From Cyanobacteria bacterium auto_48_18 (lineage in GTDB: Bacteria; Cyanobacteriota; Vampirovibrionia; Obscuribacterales; Obscuribacteraceae): a stretch of DNA of 64,000 nucleotides. Below, in pieces: positions 46,970 to 57,189 of the stretch. The notes under the pieces were generated by a model. It had not been told where the DNA came from and did no database searches. It saw only the letters and a list, made by a program, of their open reading frames with translations. Made by a program: the position numbers and the translations under genes. The stretch spans positions 264,234 through 328,233 of the forward strand of contig JAVHQC010000035.1 of NCBI GenBank assembly GCA_036170915.1, written 5' to 3'. Each line of letters opens with the position of its first letter. Position 1 is the first letter of the stretch.

Positions 46970-49333
46970 GTGACGGACATGCAGAGCGATAACTTTCGAA
47001 TGCCCGCCCAGACTGCCGCCAATAATTTGCAGCAAGCTGAATGGCTGGCTAAAGAAGGCCGCCTGGAAGAGGCAATTCCCTTATATGAAAGTGCCCTGGC
47101 CAATTTAGAGCGCACCAACGGTATGGAAGCGCCTGAACTGGCGGAATGTTTGCAAAATCTGGCGGAAGCTTATCAGTCTGTGGCGAGATACGAAGATTCG
47201 CTGCGCACAAACTGGCGACTGGTAAGAATCGGCGAAAAAATATTAGGACGCGTGCATCCTGATATGGTGAGCATGCTGCTCAAAATTGCCCAGACCAATG
47301 AAATGATGGGCAAGACTGAAGACGCTCTGCACATTGTCGAATCAGCTATTGCCACAGCAAAACAATGCATGCAGAGTGATAATCCGCTGGCGGTGAAACT
47401 GATTGAGCGGCACACTTATTTAGTTAACTTGCTGCGCAATCAAGGCGCTTCTAAATCTCAATACGACGATCCCAGTCTTTATCAGGGAAATTCAGCTCAG
47501 TTACCGCCGCAACCGCAGATTCACAATCCAAATCCAAATCAGAATCAAGGCGCCAATACACCGCAAAACCAGGTGCAGATTCCTTCTCAGTTGCATCAAC
47601 AAATGATGCAGTACGAGGTACCGCAACCACAAGCTGCGGCTCCCAACGGTGCTTATCAGCATCCAGCCCAAGTACCCGTGCAAAAAATATCTGTGCAGCC
47701 GCATCCGATGGAAATTTCTATGGGCCATTCGGACATGCAAAACTTTGCCCGCGAAATGCTTAAAGATATGCCGGGCCCCCCTGGCAGCAAATCCCCTTTC
47801 AGCCAATCAGTTAACTTAGGCAATGCCAGTGGTGTCAACTACGAAGAAGTAACCAACCCGCAAGAAGCACTTGCTCTTGATCCTCGCATTGCGCCGATGC
47901 CGTTACCTCCACAGCGTCCTCAGGGTCTGGAAAAACAAGCCAGTTACGGTAATGCCCTGGCGCAGAGACCTTCGCAAGATTTTGATAGTGGCGAAGAAGA
48001 AGAAGAGCCCTATACGGCAGAAGCAATTGCCAGTCTCACCAATCGCAATAAACCGAGCACACGCTCCAACGCTAAAGGTCGGCGACTATCAGATAGTGAG
48101 CAAAGTCGCATTCGCGTTGGTCGCGTTCTTAAAGATTTTGGTCTGCCTCTGGTGGCGCTGATTGTGCTGGTGGGCATGGTCTTTTATATTTTTAAATCAT
48201 CCAAACCGGCGGCACCAGTTAAGCCTGCCACCGCAGCTGTTCCTCGTGGTCAATTGACCCTATTCGAGGGCCCCGACGGAAAAAAGCAGTTAAGACTTCT
48301 GGGAACGGAAGTCGCCTACCTCGTCAGTCAAAACGCCGCCACTAAAGTACCTTACAAACGAATCGGCAATAACTGGAGCGATTATTTCGCCATCACTTTT
48401 GGTTCGCTGACAGAGAAACAATTGTGGTTCGAAGAAGAAAAATCAAGTTTAAAGGGTGAAGACGGTTCAATTTATTATGGCGTAGACGGCCCGGAAAATA
48501 TTGTTCTAGAAAAAATGCGCGATCTTGGCGGATTTGCCCAGAGTTATTTTTTACGCACTGGTGAATACCCCAAAATGGTGCCGCCAGGTGCAGATTTTGC
48601 TTTCTCTTATATAAGCCCCTACAGTGGCAAAGGCTTAAGCATTCCAATCAGAACCGTCAGAGCAAAAGAAAAAGATTGCTCTGATGTTTTGTCTACTTTG
48701 GAAGGCGGTAACTATTTAGGTAACGAAGAAACGGCCACACCAGGTTATATCTGTGCCTATGCCGCTACTTATGGCGACAATGCCACCGACACAATGAAAT
48801 GCGTGAAATTTTTTGTGCGTGGCTGCAGGAAAGACGGCCGCTTTTTGATGACCGATCACGACAAAATTTTTGTACTCACCGCTGACAATAGTTTTCTAAA
48901 ACAGCTAGCGCCATCTGTTGTAGATAAGAAAGCAGACAAAGTGCCTTTGCGCACCAGCGTTCGCAATCGCAAATCAAAAAAAGCCGCCCCGCCAGTGGTG
49001 GCAGCAGCCAAAAACTTTGAGATTCCAAAAGCCAAATCGCAAACTACGACGGCCATAGATCAGGCGGTTTATTCAAGAGCAGAACCGCCCGAGAAACCCA
49101 CGCAGATGTATTTGATCATGAATCCACCAGTGCCCTTGGGCGTGCTCCATCACCTCGTACCCTTGCTTCTACTGCTTCTCACTTTTGCCGCTTTCATTCG
49201 TTCTCAAATGGTCGGTTTTGATATTAAGGGCCAAGCTGTTTCTACCGGTTCCAATGCCGCTGTCCTAGTGGCCGGAATAAGCTTCTTGCTACTGGCAGTG
49301 TCGGTTTTGATTCAGTTTGCCATCTTCCGCTAA
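46970..49333 (+). CDS. Membrane protein: cytoplasmic TPR + Pro/Gln-rich linker + TM + extracytoplasmic domain + two C-terminal TMs
   Basis: Kinesin-light-chain-like TPR at the N-terminus (LGRVHPDMV); hydrophobic segments near aa 390 and at the C-terminus. Confidence 0.7.
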   Translation: MTDMQSDNFRMPAQTAANNLQQAEWLAKEGRLEEAIPLYESALANLERTNGMEAPELAECLQNLAEAYQSVARYEDSLRTNWRLVRIGEKILGRVHPDMVSMLLKIAQTNEMMGKTEDALHIVESAIATAKQCMQSDNPLAVKLIERHTYLVNLLRNQGASKSQYDDPSLYQGNSAQLPPQPQIHNPNPNQNQGANTPQNQVQIPSQLHQQMMQYEVPQPQAAAPNGAYQHPAQVPVQKISVQPHPMEISMGHSDMQNFAREMLKDMPGPPGSKSPFSQSVNLGNASGVNYEEVTNPQEALALDPRIAPMPLPPQRPQGLEKQASYGNALAQRPSQDFDSGEEEEEPYTAEAIASLTNRNKPSTRSNAKGRRLSDSEQSRIRVGRVLKDFGLPLVALIVLVGMVFYIFKSSKPAAPVKPATAAVPRGQLTLFEGPDGKKQLRLLGTEVAYLVSQNAATKVPYKRIGNNWSDYFAITFGSLTEKQLWFEEEKSSLKGEDGSIYYGVDGPENIVLEKMRDLGGFAQSYFLRTGEYPKMVPPGADFAFSYISPYSGKGLSIPIRTVRAKEKDCSDVLSTLEGGNYLGNEETATPGYICAYAATYGDNATDTMKCVKFFVRGCRKDGRFLMTDHDKIFVLTADNSFLKQLAPSVVDKKADKVPLRTSVRNRKSKKAAPPVVAAAKNFEIPKAKSQTTTAIDQAVYSRAEPPEKPTQMYLIMNPPVPLGVLHHLVPLLLLLLTFAAFIRSQMVGFDIKGQAVSTGSNAAVLVAGISFLLLAVSVLIQFAIFR

Positions 49334-49351
49334 GTCGTATTTTCCATAAAC

Positions 49352-50056
49352 TCAAAGCAAAGCTTCGGCAAGAAAGTAAGCGGCCACACCAAAAGCCACC
49401 GAGGCATTGAGCGATTCTTTCTCACCACGCATACTGAGGTGACAAACATGATCGGCCAGCACCAGTGCTTCAGGCGAAACTCCTTGCACTTCATTGCCTA
49501 AAATTAGACAGATTGGCAGCGATAATTTTTTGCCGGTAAGCTCAGTATACAAAGACTTCGACGAAGCATTTTTTTCAAGTGCCACTATTGAGTAGCCTTG
49601 CATTTTCAGCGGCAAAATAATGTCAGGCAAAAATGAAAAATATGAAAAAGCAATCCAGTCTTCAGCACCGAGGCTTACTTTAGCTATTTGTTTGCGAGGC
49701 GGCACACCGGTGATTCCCGCCAGATAAACATGTGAAAAACCGGCAGCATCAGCAGTGCGAAAGACAGCGCCAACATTGTGCAAACTGCGAATGTCGTCAA
49801 GCACCACCACTAATTGATTTTGCCCGGCATCAAGCACAGGCGAAGCCACTGTCTGTGGTGCGTCAAATTGAGATGAATCTAGCTCTGGTTTGGTATTTTT
49901 AGCAGCCAGTTGTTCAATCAACTCTGCCGGTCGCGCCAGACACGGCCGCGAGCAGTGCGGGCAATCAGTGCCGCCGAAGCGGTCGGTCAAATTAAACTGC
50001 GCCCCTTCTACCTCAAAGCCCTTGCGGCAATCAGGATAAGGACAAATGGAAAGCAC
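49352..50056 (-). CDS. TrmH/SpoU-family RNA methyltransferase with N-terminal Cys cluster
   Basis: VLDDIRSLHNVGAVFRTADA, LGNEVQGVS and ESLNASVA SPOUT motifs. Confidence 0.9.
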   Translation of the reverse strand: MLSICPYPDCRKGFEVEGAQFNLTDRFGGTDCPHCSRPCLARPAELIEQLAAKNTKPELDSSQFDAPQTVASPVLDAGQNQLVVVLDDIRSLHNVGAVFRTADAAGFSHVYLAGITGVPPRKQIAKVSLGAEDWIAFSYFSFLPDIILPLKMQGYSIVALEKNASSKSLYTELTGKKLSLPICLILGNEVQGVSPEALVLADHVCHLSMRGEKESLNASVAFGVAAYFLAEALL

Positions 50057-50062
50057 AGCGCT

Positions 50063-50686
50063 TTAGGCCCTTAACTTGGCTTCGATACCACCAGCAAATT
50101 GTTCCATCTGGGCAGCGATGGAATCGCGAGAAGTCTTACGCAATAAATGAGCGTAGTTGCGCAGCAAGTTGATCAAATCTGGATGGTTGTTTCCAAGAGA
50201 CTTGTTTTTAATATCGAGAGCTTTGCGATAATGACCGTCGGCTTCATCATACTTTTGTTGAGCGTGGCAAACCAGAGCCAGGTGATAAAGCGATTTGCCC
50301 ACTTCTAAATGCTCAGCCGGAAAAGACTTGCGACGCATGGCCAGCGAACGCTCAAAATGACTCATGGCATCTTTATAAAAGCCACGCTTGAAATAAACGG
50401 CGCCCATATTGTTGAGTACCGTGGCAATGTCTTGATGATCGTTGCCCTGAGCACTTTCGCGCAGACTCAATGCTCGCTTGTAAAGCGATTCGGCCTCAGC
50501 ATAATTGCCTTTGACAAATTGCACTTGAGCCAAACCTTCTATTGAAGTCACCAGACGACCGTCGCCTTTGGCAAACTTCTCAGCTTCTTCCAGCGCGGCT
50601 TGCCAATCTTTCACGGCATTCTCCAGATCCTTCGCTTCCAGGGCTTTGTATGCTGAATCTTTCAGATCGGTCCAGACTTGAGACAT
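50063..50686 (-). CDS. TPR protein
   Basis: YAEAESLYKRAL, HQDIATVLNNMG and LGNNHPDL repeats. Confidence 0.88.
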   Translation of the reverse strand: MSQVWTDLKDSAYKALEAKDLENAVKDWQAALEEAEKFAKGDGRLVTSIEGLAQVQFVKGNYAEAESLYKRALSLRESAQGNDHQDIATVLNNMGAVYFKRGFYKDAMSHFERSLAMRRKSFPAEHLEVGKSLYHLALVCHAQQKYDEADGHYRKALDIKNKSLGNNHPDLINLLRNYAHLLRKTSRDSIAAQMEQFAGGIEAKLRA

Positions 50687-50860
50687 TTGCTCTTTGCTCC
50701 CTGCTTATCATGTTTGAGATTGACTCTCGGGCTTTTCAATATGTACCCGCTCAGGCATTTAATTCCATTTTTAATTCTACAAGAGTTACACTAACGCAAA
50801 CAAAAAGCACAGGCCTCAGCAGTCGGTGCATTCCTGCGTAATTGCACTTTGGAGGAATTT

Positions 50861-52675
50861 ATGAAGGTCGTCGAGACGAATCCTAAAGAGTCAGGCAAAG
50901 CTCATGCCAAGCCTGAAAAACAATCGCACCATACTCCAAAGGGTGCCAAAAGGGAACTGATTAAAAAATTCCCTGTGAGATGCAATCTTGAAGATTACGA
51001 TACCGCCTATAACGAATTTACCTGGGATGACGGCAGAAAGGAAATTTCGTATTTCGCCGGCGGAAAAGTTAACGCTGCTTACAATGCCATAGACAGGCAT
51101 CTTGTAGACGGCCGCAAAAATAAGGTTGCGCTATACACGGTTGGTGCGGATGGCACACTGAACAAGCTGACTTTCCTCGAAATTTATGAAGCGGCCAATC
51201 GTCTCGGCAACGCCCTGAAGGCCATTGGCATCAAAAAAGGCGATCGCGTATTTGTCTTCCTGCCCCGTGTGGCTGAACTGTATATTGCCACTATTGCCAT
51301 TGCTAAAATTGGAGCCATTGCCGGCCCGCTCTTTTCGGCCTTCGGTCCAGACGCACTGCGCGATCGCTTGCAAGATTCTGAAGCTAAGGTGGTAATAACC
51401 AACCCTGCTTTAAAGGACAAAATTCATAGCATCAAGAAAGATTTACCTGACCTTGAGCACATCATCGTTACCGAAACGGACGATAAAGCCCTGCTCAAAA
51501 ATGAACTGTCATACCGTGCCCTTGTGGCCAATGAATCTACCGAACTCAAGTGTGAGCCCATGGATCCTGAAGATCCACTTTATCTGCTCTACACCTCTGG
51601 CACTACCGGTAAACCTAAAGGTGTGATTCACGTGCACGAAGATATTGTTGGTCATCACATGACCAGCAAATGGGTGCTCGATTTAAAAGATGACGATATC
51701 TACTGGTGCACAGCCGATCCGGGCTGGGTCACCGGCACCGTATATGGTATCTTCGGCCCCTGGTCACTGGGTGCATCATGTGTTAGCTATGAAGGACGCT
51801 TCGACGCTGCCAGCTGGTATCAATTAATTGACAGACTGAAGGTGACTGTCTGGTACACCGCACCAACTGCTCTGCGCATGTTGATGAAAGCTGGTGACGA
51901 TGTGGTTTATCAACATAGCTTGAACAGCCTGCGTCATGTGCTTTCAGTCGGTGAACCGCTCAATCCGGAAGTGGTACGCTGGGGTATGAAAGTGTATGGC
52001 CTGCCGATTCACGACAACTGGTGGCAAACCGAAACCGGCATGCAATTGATTGCCAATCTTCCTTGCAATGGCATCAAACCAGGCTCAATGGGCAAACCAC
52101 TGCCAGGAGTCTACGCTGCCATTGTCGATGATGACGGCGAAGAGCTTGAAGCAGGCGAACTTGGTCGGCTTGTCGTAAAGCCAGGCTGGCCTGCCATGCT
52201 GCGCACCGTATGGCGCAACGAACCGAAGTTTCATGAATATTTCAAAATTCCCGGCTGGTATTTCTCAGGCGACAATGCCTGGAAAGACGAAGATGGCTAC
52301 TTCTGGTTTGTGGGCCGAGCCGATGATGTAATCAATACTTCAGGCCACCGGGTAGGACCATTCGAAGTCGAATCGGCTTTAGTGGAGCACCCAGCTGTGG
52401 CGGAAGCAGGCGTAATCGGTAAACCAGACAAGGAACGCGGCGAAATCATCAAAGCATTCATAGTTATGGCAAACGACACTGCCCCTTCTGATGCTTTGAT
52501 GGAAGAAATCAAAGAACACTGCAAGAAGACACTGGCTGCCCACGCTTATCCTCGTGAGATAGAAGTAAAGGACAGCTTGCCTAAAACTCGGTCGGGCAAG
52601 ATTATGCGCCGCTTACTGAAAGCCTGGGAGCTTGGCCTGCCAACAGGAGATATGTCTTCTTTAGATGACGATTGA
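50861..52675 (+). CDS. acsA: Acetate--CoA ligase (acetyl-CoA synthetase)
   Basis: YTSGTTGKPKG, ADPGWVTG, WWQTETG and LPKTRSGKIMRRLL motifs; GGAGG RBS. Confidence 0.93.
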   Translation: MKVVETNPKESGKAHAKPEKQSHHTPKGAKRELIKKFPVRCNLEDYDTAYNEFTWDDGRKEISYFAGGKVNAAYNAIDRHLVDGRKNKVALYTVGADGTLNKLTFLEIYEAANRLGNALKAIGIKKGDRVFVFLPRVAELYIATIAIAKIGAIAGPLFSAFGPDALRDRLQDSEAKVVITNPALKDKIHSIKKDLPDLEHIIVTETDDKALLKNELSYRALVANESTELKCEPMDPEDPLYLLYTSGTTGKPKGVIHVHEDIVGHHMTSKWVLDLKDDDIYWCTADPGWVTGTVYGIFGPWSLGASCVSYEGRFDAASWYQLIDRLKVTVWYTAPTALRMLMKAGDDVVYQHSLNSLRHVLSVGEPLNPEVVRWGMKVYGLPIHDNWWQTETGMQLIANLPCNGIKPGSMGKPLPGVYAAIVDDDGEELEAGELGRLVVKPGWPAMLRTVWRNEPKFHEYFKIPGWYFSGDNAWKDEDGYFWFVGRADDVINTSGHRVGPFEVESALVEHPAVAEAGVIGKPDKERGEIIKAFIVMANDTAPSDALMEEIKEHCKKTLAAHAYPREIEVKDSLPKTRSGKIMRRLLKAWELGLPTGDMSSLDDD

Positions 52676-52722
52676 GAAAGGCTACTAATAAATAATTTGC
52701 TTGACGGCAAATTTTGACTATA

Positions 52723-52765
52723 TAGAGGCCCTGCCGTGGTGCAGGGCCTCTAATATTTATTTTGT
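52723..52765 (+). terminator. Probable intrinsic terminator after acsA
   Basis: 12-bp perfect stem TAGAGGCCCTGC/GCAGGGCCTCTA followed by a T-rich tract. Confidence 0.6.
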
Positions 52766-52835
52766 TTTCGCTGCCGAAGCCAACTAACTGCCTGGCTTCA
52801 GGCTAAACTTGGAAGAAACAAATAAGCGGGTATCA

Positions 52836-54215
52836 ATGGCTGCAGAACTCTCACCAATGACCGATTCTTCAATGGAAAGATTGCCGCCGCAGTCTTTAGA
52901 TGCGGAGCAGGCGGTGCTGGGCGCTCTTTTGGTAAGCGGAGATGGTGTTTCGCGGGTAGTGGACGTACTGGAGCCCGAGTATTTTTATCGCAAAGCGCAC
53001 CAGGTGATATACGCTGCCGCCTTGGACCTTTATGAAAAAAATGAACCCATTGATATCGTCACCATATCGGCTTTTCTTCAAGATCAAGGCAAACTCGATT
53101 TAGTTGGTGGTCGCCTCTATATCACTGACCTCTCGCGCTCTGTGGCTACTACGGCCAATCTTGAGTATTATGCCAAGCTGGTACAAGAAAAAGCATTACT
53201 GCGCAGCTTGATTAAAGCCGGTACTGAAATTGTCGGCAGCTGCTACGAAGAAACAGATGCAGACACGGCTTTAGACAAAGCCGAACACATGATTTTCAAT
53301 CTCGCTCAGCGTCGCAATATGCAGCAGATGGTGCACATCAAACATATTGTTGAAGCCTCTTTTCAAAAAATCGAAGAGCGCTACGAAAACAAAGACACGC
53401 TTTCAGGCACGCCGTCTGGTTTCTATGATCTTGACGCTATGACTTCCGGTTTTCAACCTTCTGATCTGGTTATTATTGCTGCTCGTCCTTCCATGGGTAA
53501 AACCGCATTCGTACTCAATATTGCTCAGGCCTGTGCCGTTGAACATAATGTACCTTGCGCAATCTTCTCACTAGAAATGTCAAAAGAATCGCTGGTACAG
53601 AGAATGCTCTGCGCCGAAGCAAAAATAGACTCGAACCGCTTGCGCACAGGGCACCTGCATACAAACGACTGGCAGGCACTGGCTATGGCCATGGGACGCC
53701 TGGGTGAAGCGCCCATATTTATTGACGACTCCGCCATGGTCAACGTGCTCGAAATTCGCGCTAAATGCCGCCGTCTTAAGGCTGAAAATAAAGCTCTCGG
53801 CATGATTATCATTGACTACATTCAGCTTCTGCAAGGCCGCAAACAGACCGACAACAGAGTGCAGGAAGTTTCGGAAATATCGCGGTCGCTCAAGACATTA
53901 GCAAGAGAATTAGCAGTGCCGGTGATTGCTCTTTCTCAGCTCTCACGCGCTGTAGAAGCTCGTCAAAACAAAAGACCGATGCTTTCAGACTTAAGAGAAT
54001 CTGGCTCCATTGAGCAAGACGCCGACCTGGTAATGTTCATTTATCGCGATGAATACTACAACGCTGATACTGAGCAAAGAGGCGAGGCCGAAATTATTAT
54101 CGCTAAACAGAGAAATGGCCCCACGGGCACCGTTGATTTGCTCTATCAAGGCAGCATCACCAGATTTCTCAATAAAGTGCATACTGACGGTGCGCCCAAT
54201 CCGAATCGGGATTGA
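52836..54215 (+). CDS. dnaB: Replicative DNA helicase
   Basis: PPQSLDAEQAVLG, AARPSMGKT, FSLEM, IDYIQL, SQLSR, LRESGSIEQDAD and KQRNGP motifs; no intein. Confidence 0.97.
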   Translation: MAAELSPMTDSSMERLPPQSLDAEQAVLGALLVSGDGVSRVVDVLEPEYFYRKAHQVIYAAALDLYEKNEPIDIVTISAFLQDQGKLDLVGGRLYITDLSRSVATTANLEYYAKLVQEKALLRSLIKAGTEIVGSCYEETDADTALDKAEHMIFNLAQRRNMQQMVHIKHIVEASFQKIEERYENKDTLSGTPSGFYDLDAMTSGFQPSDLVIIAARPSMGKTAFVLNIAQACAVEHNVPCAIFSLEMSKESLVQRMLCAEAKIDSNRLRTGHLHTNDWQALAMAMGRLGEAPIFIDDSAMVNVLEIRAKCRRLKAENKALGMIIIDYIQLLQGRKQTDNRVQEVSEISRSLKTLARELAVPVIALSQLSRAVEARQNKRPMLSDLRESGSIEQDADLVMFIYRDEYYNADTEQRGEAEIIIAKQRNGPTGTVDLLYQGSITRFLNKVHTDGAPNPNRD

Positions 54216-54257
54216 TTGAGCGGTTTTTGGCCTGGCAGGGGTATCTGTTTTCAAAGT

Positions 54258-54325
54258 CTAAGAAATTTTACAACCGATAAGTTGTATGCCGCTACAACCC
54301 ACGAGTTGTAAAAAAACTCTAGGTG
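54258..54325. repeat. 68-bp dispersed intergenic element, copy 2 (inverted relative to 7-74)
   Basis: CTAAGAAATTT-TACAAC-cgataa-GTTGTA-tgccgc-TACAAC-ccacga-GTTGTA-AAAAAACTCTAGGTG. Confidence 0.9.
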
Positions 54326-54356
54326 AGCAAAAGCGATCATCCCAGGTGACGAGAGC

Positions 54357-55835
54357 CTATTCGATAGGCGCCCAGATAATTTCATCAGAAGTCTGATTAA
54401 TGACAGGCTGTGCTTCAAATTCACCACTGACGGTATCGAGCACACCAAAGGCAGTTGTGGTGGCACTGGAGACAATTAATTTCTTACCGTCAGGTGTAAG
54501 AGTGATGTTGCCAGGAAAATCAATATCTAATGGCAATTTGATTTGCTTGACCGAGCTTCTGCTAGCGGTATCAAAAACAGCAATAATATTGTCTTTGGCC
54601 ACCGCATTATAGAGTGTTGCTCCATCAGCCGAAAGAGCAAGGCCAGTGGGTCCGTTGCCAGTTTTCAAATTAGCTAGAATGCCGCGTCTGGGAATATCAA
54701 TTATGGCAATGCGATTGGCGGTGCCGCGGCAAGAAACATAACCAGTTTTTCCATCAGGTGAAATTACTACAGACGAAGGATTGGCACCGACAGTAACAAC
54801 ACCCAAAACTTTCTGATTCAGTGTAGAGATAAAAGTCACCTGACCGGTGGCTGAATTGAGCACAAGAATAGTATTGCCGTTAGGAGTGATGGCCATGTGA
54901 GCAGGGCCAGGACCTACTTTAGTGCGCAAGAGCACCCTGGCAGTATCAACTTCGATAATGGCGACGTCAGCGCTACCGCTTTCAGAAACATAGAGCATTT
55001 TGCCGTTGGGTAAAGCGAGCACCGCTTTTGGTGCCGACTTGGGAAGCAAATCAATCTGACCAACAAAGCGTTTTCCCACCGGATCAAGAATAAGTACGCG
55101 ACCGCGACTCTGGTCGGCAATGTAGATGCGGCCATTGACATAAACCATTCCTGCCGGAGTGCCTTCAGTGGGAAACTCGCAAATCTTTTTCCAGGTTTTA
55201 TCATCAACCAGAGTGATAATTCCTGAATTGCGCGATGTGAGAAAAATGCCGCCGTGTTTAGCTGTGGCGGCAGCCGCAGTTATTTCAGGTCTAGTGCTTG
55301 CCTGTGTGCCTGTGTGAGTTCCCGCAGCCGCGTGAGCACCACTTTCGAGATGCACTGCAGTCTGGCCCACCACTGGCTTCCATACTGCCGCTAGGCTAAA
55401 ATTCTCGGGCACAATTAAATCTTCGGCTAAGTGACCGGCAAGTATGGCTTTGCGCAATTTCTCACTGCATGCTGAAATTGCAGGAAAGCTTTTACCTTTG
55501 CCTGCGGCAATCACTTTGACAAAAGCGACACCATTGTCAAAAAGCAAAATCTCTGGTTTCGGCGACTTCTTCTGAGCAGTAAAACTCTCCAGCAAAATTA
55601 CTTTTGCTTTTTTTGCTTGGCTTGGTGGCAGAATAGGCAAATACAATTCGCCCCCGCTTTCCAGCGCTCCATCTAAACGAAACCGCATATCAGGGAAAAT
55701 GGTCTTAACAGCGAGAGCAAGCTCGGCAGCTTGCCTTGTGGCATGAGCCGGCAGACAATGGCCCGCAATAATCAAAGCCATGAGCGCGACTAAGCTCGCA
55801 CTAGTAATTTTGCTGTTAGTACTCTTAATAGTCAT
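54357..55835 (-). CDS. Exported YncE/YVTN-type beta-propeller protein
   Basis: Signal peptide ending AHA; repeated P-x3-A-x-SPDG/TPNG-x2-LYV blades. Confidence 0.85.
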   Translation of the reverse strand: MTIKSTNSKITSASLVALMALIIAGHCLPAHATRQAAELALAVKTIFPDMRFRLDGALESGGELYLPILPPSQAKKAKVILLESFTAQKKSPKPEILLFDNGVAFVKVIAAGKGKSFPAISACSEKLRKAILAGHLAEDLIVPENFSLAAVWKPVVGQTAVHLESGAHAAAGTHTGTQASTRPEITAAAATAKHGGIFLTSRNSGIITLVDDKTWKKICEFPTEGTPAGMVYVNGRIYIADQSRGRVLILDPVGKRFVGQIDLLPKSAPKAVLALPNGKMLYVSESGSADVAIIEVDTARVLLRTKVGPGPAHMAITPNGNTILVLNSATGQVTFISTLNQKVLGVVTVGANPSSVVISPDGKTGYVSCRGTANRIAIIDIPRRGILANLKTGNGPTGLALSADGATLYNAVAKDNIIAVFDTASRSSVKQIKLPLDIDFPGNITLTPDGKKLIVSSATTTAFGVLDTVSGEFEAQPVINQTSDEIIWAPIE

Positions 55836-55849
55836 TCACTGGCAAGCAT

Positions 55850-57154
55850 TTACTCTTTCGGTCTAAACACGTCCACGATTTTATCCAGAATACCTTTGTC
55901 TTCTGATTCAGCGCTTTCGTTTTTTCCCTGATGCTTTTTTTTCTTATTCGTAGAGCCACCGTCAGCTTTGGCAGTCTCAGTTTGACTCTCAGACTTAGCA
56001 TTGGTTTTTTCTTCAGCATCGAAAAAATCTTCGCCCTTGGCTTGTGCTGGAGCCGCGACCTTGAGTTTTTCTTTGCGAATTTCAGCAAGTTGCTCGAGCA
56101 ATTTGCGCTCTTCGCTGCTGATTTTGGTGGGGGTCTCTACGATAACGTGCACCACATGATCGCCGCGACGGGATGGATTATTCAGGTATGGAACACCTAA
56201 ATCACGCATGACCAGCTGGCTGCTTGACTGAGTGCCAGCCGGAATTTTCAAAACTTTTGCGCCTTCAACTGTAGGCACTAAAATTTCTGCACCGAGAGCC
56301 GCCATGGAAAAACTAATAGGTTGTTTGACGTGAATGGTAAAACCTTCGCGAATAAACTGTGAATGGTCTTTCACATTTAGAACTACGAATAGATCACCAA
56401 ACACTCCACCCCGAGGGCCTTTATCACCACCTTGAGCAAGCTTGAGGCGGTCGCCGTCTTTAACTCCCGCTGGCACTTTAACTTCAAAATCGCGAGACTT
56501 TCTAGTTTGACCTGAGCCGCGACAATCACGACAAGGTTTTTCTATTTTCTTACCTGAGCCCGAACAATCGGGGCAAGAAATTACCTGGTAGCTTTGCATG
56601 AAGAGCATGTTGACCAGTTGTTTGACCTGGCCTTGACCCTGGCAAGTGGCACAAGTGCTCACTTTGCTATCAGGTGCGGCACCAACGCCACTGCAAGTGT
56701 CGCAATCTTCCAGTCTCTTAACTGTGATTTTTTTCTCGAGACCGAAAACAGCATCGAGAAATTCAAGATCAAGATCGTAACGCAAATGGGCACCCTGACG
56801 AGGTCCCGAGCGGCTTGACTGACCACCGCCGAATCCACCCCGAGCACCTCCACCAAAAAGTGCATCAATAATGTCTTCCATGCCGAAGCCCTGGAACGAA
56901 CTAAAATCTACATTATCAAAGTCGCGGGTAGAACCCTTAACGCCTTCGTGTCCGTAACGATCATAAGAAACTTTCTTCTGCTCGTCCGAAAGCACTTCGT
57001 AGGCTTCTGCCAGTTCTTTAAAAGCAGCTTCGTCACCACTTTCTTTGTTATCAGGGTGCAGTTGTCTGGCTTTGTTGCGGAAAGATTTTTTGATCTCGTC
57101 CGCTGAGGCTCCGCGAGCCAGACCTAGAATGTCGTAATAATCACGTTTTGTCAT
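55850..57154 (-). CDS. dnaJ: Molecular chaperone DnaJ (class A)
   Basis: DYYDILG, HPD, G/F-rich region, four CxxCxGxG repeats. Confidence 0.95.
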   Translation of the reverse strand: MTKRDYYDILGLARGASADEIKKSFRNKARQLHPDNKESGDEAAFKELAEAYEVLSDEQKKVSYDRYGHEGVKGSTRDFDNVDFSSFQGFGMEDIIDALFGGGARGGFGGGQSSRSGPRQGAHLRYDLDLEFLDAVFGLEKKITVKRLEDCDTCSGVGAAPDSKVSTCATCQGQGQVKQLVNMLFMQSYQVISCPDCSGSGKKIEKPCRDCRGSGQTRKSRDFEVKVPAGVKDGDRLKLAQGGDKGPRGGVFGDLFVVLNVKDHSQFIREGFTIHVKQPISFSMAALGAEILVPTVEGAKVLKIPAGTQSSSQLVMRDLGVPYLNNPSRRGDHVVHVIVETPTKISSEERKLLEQLAEIRKEKLKVAAPAQAKGEDFFDAEEKTNAKSESQTETAKADGGSTNKKKKHQGKNESAESEDKGILDKIVDVFRPKE

Positions 57155-57189
57155 AGTTTCCAAGAGTGCACCTTTGTAACGCCTGTCTA

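Noticed and set aside
52836..54215. Intein in DnaB
   Set aside because: Normal length and contiguous helicase motifs
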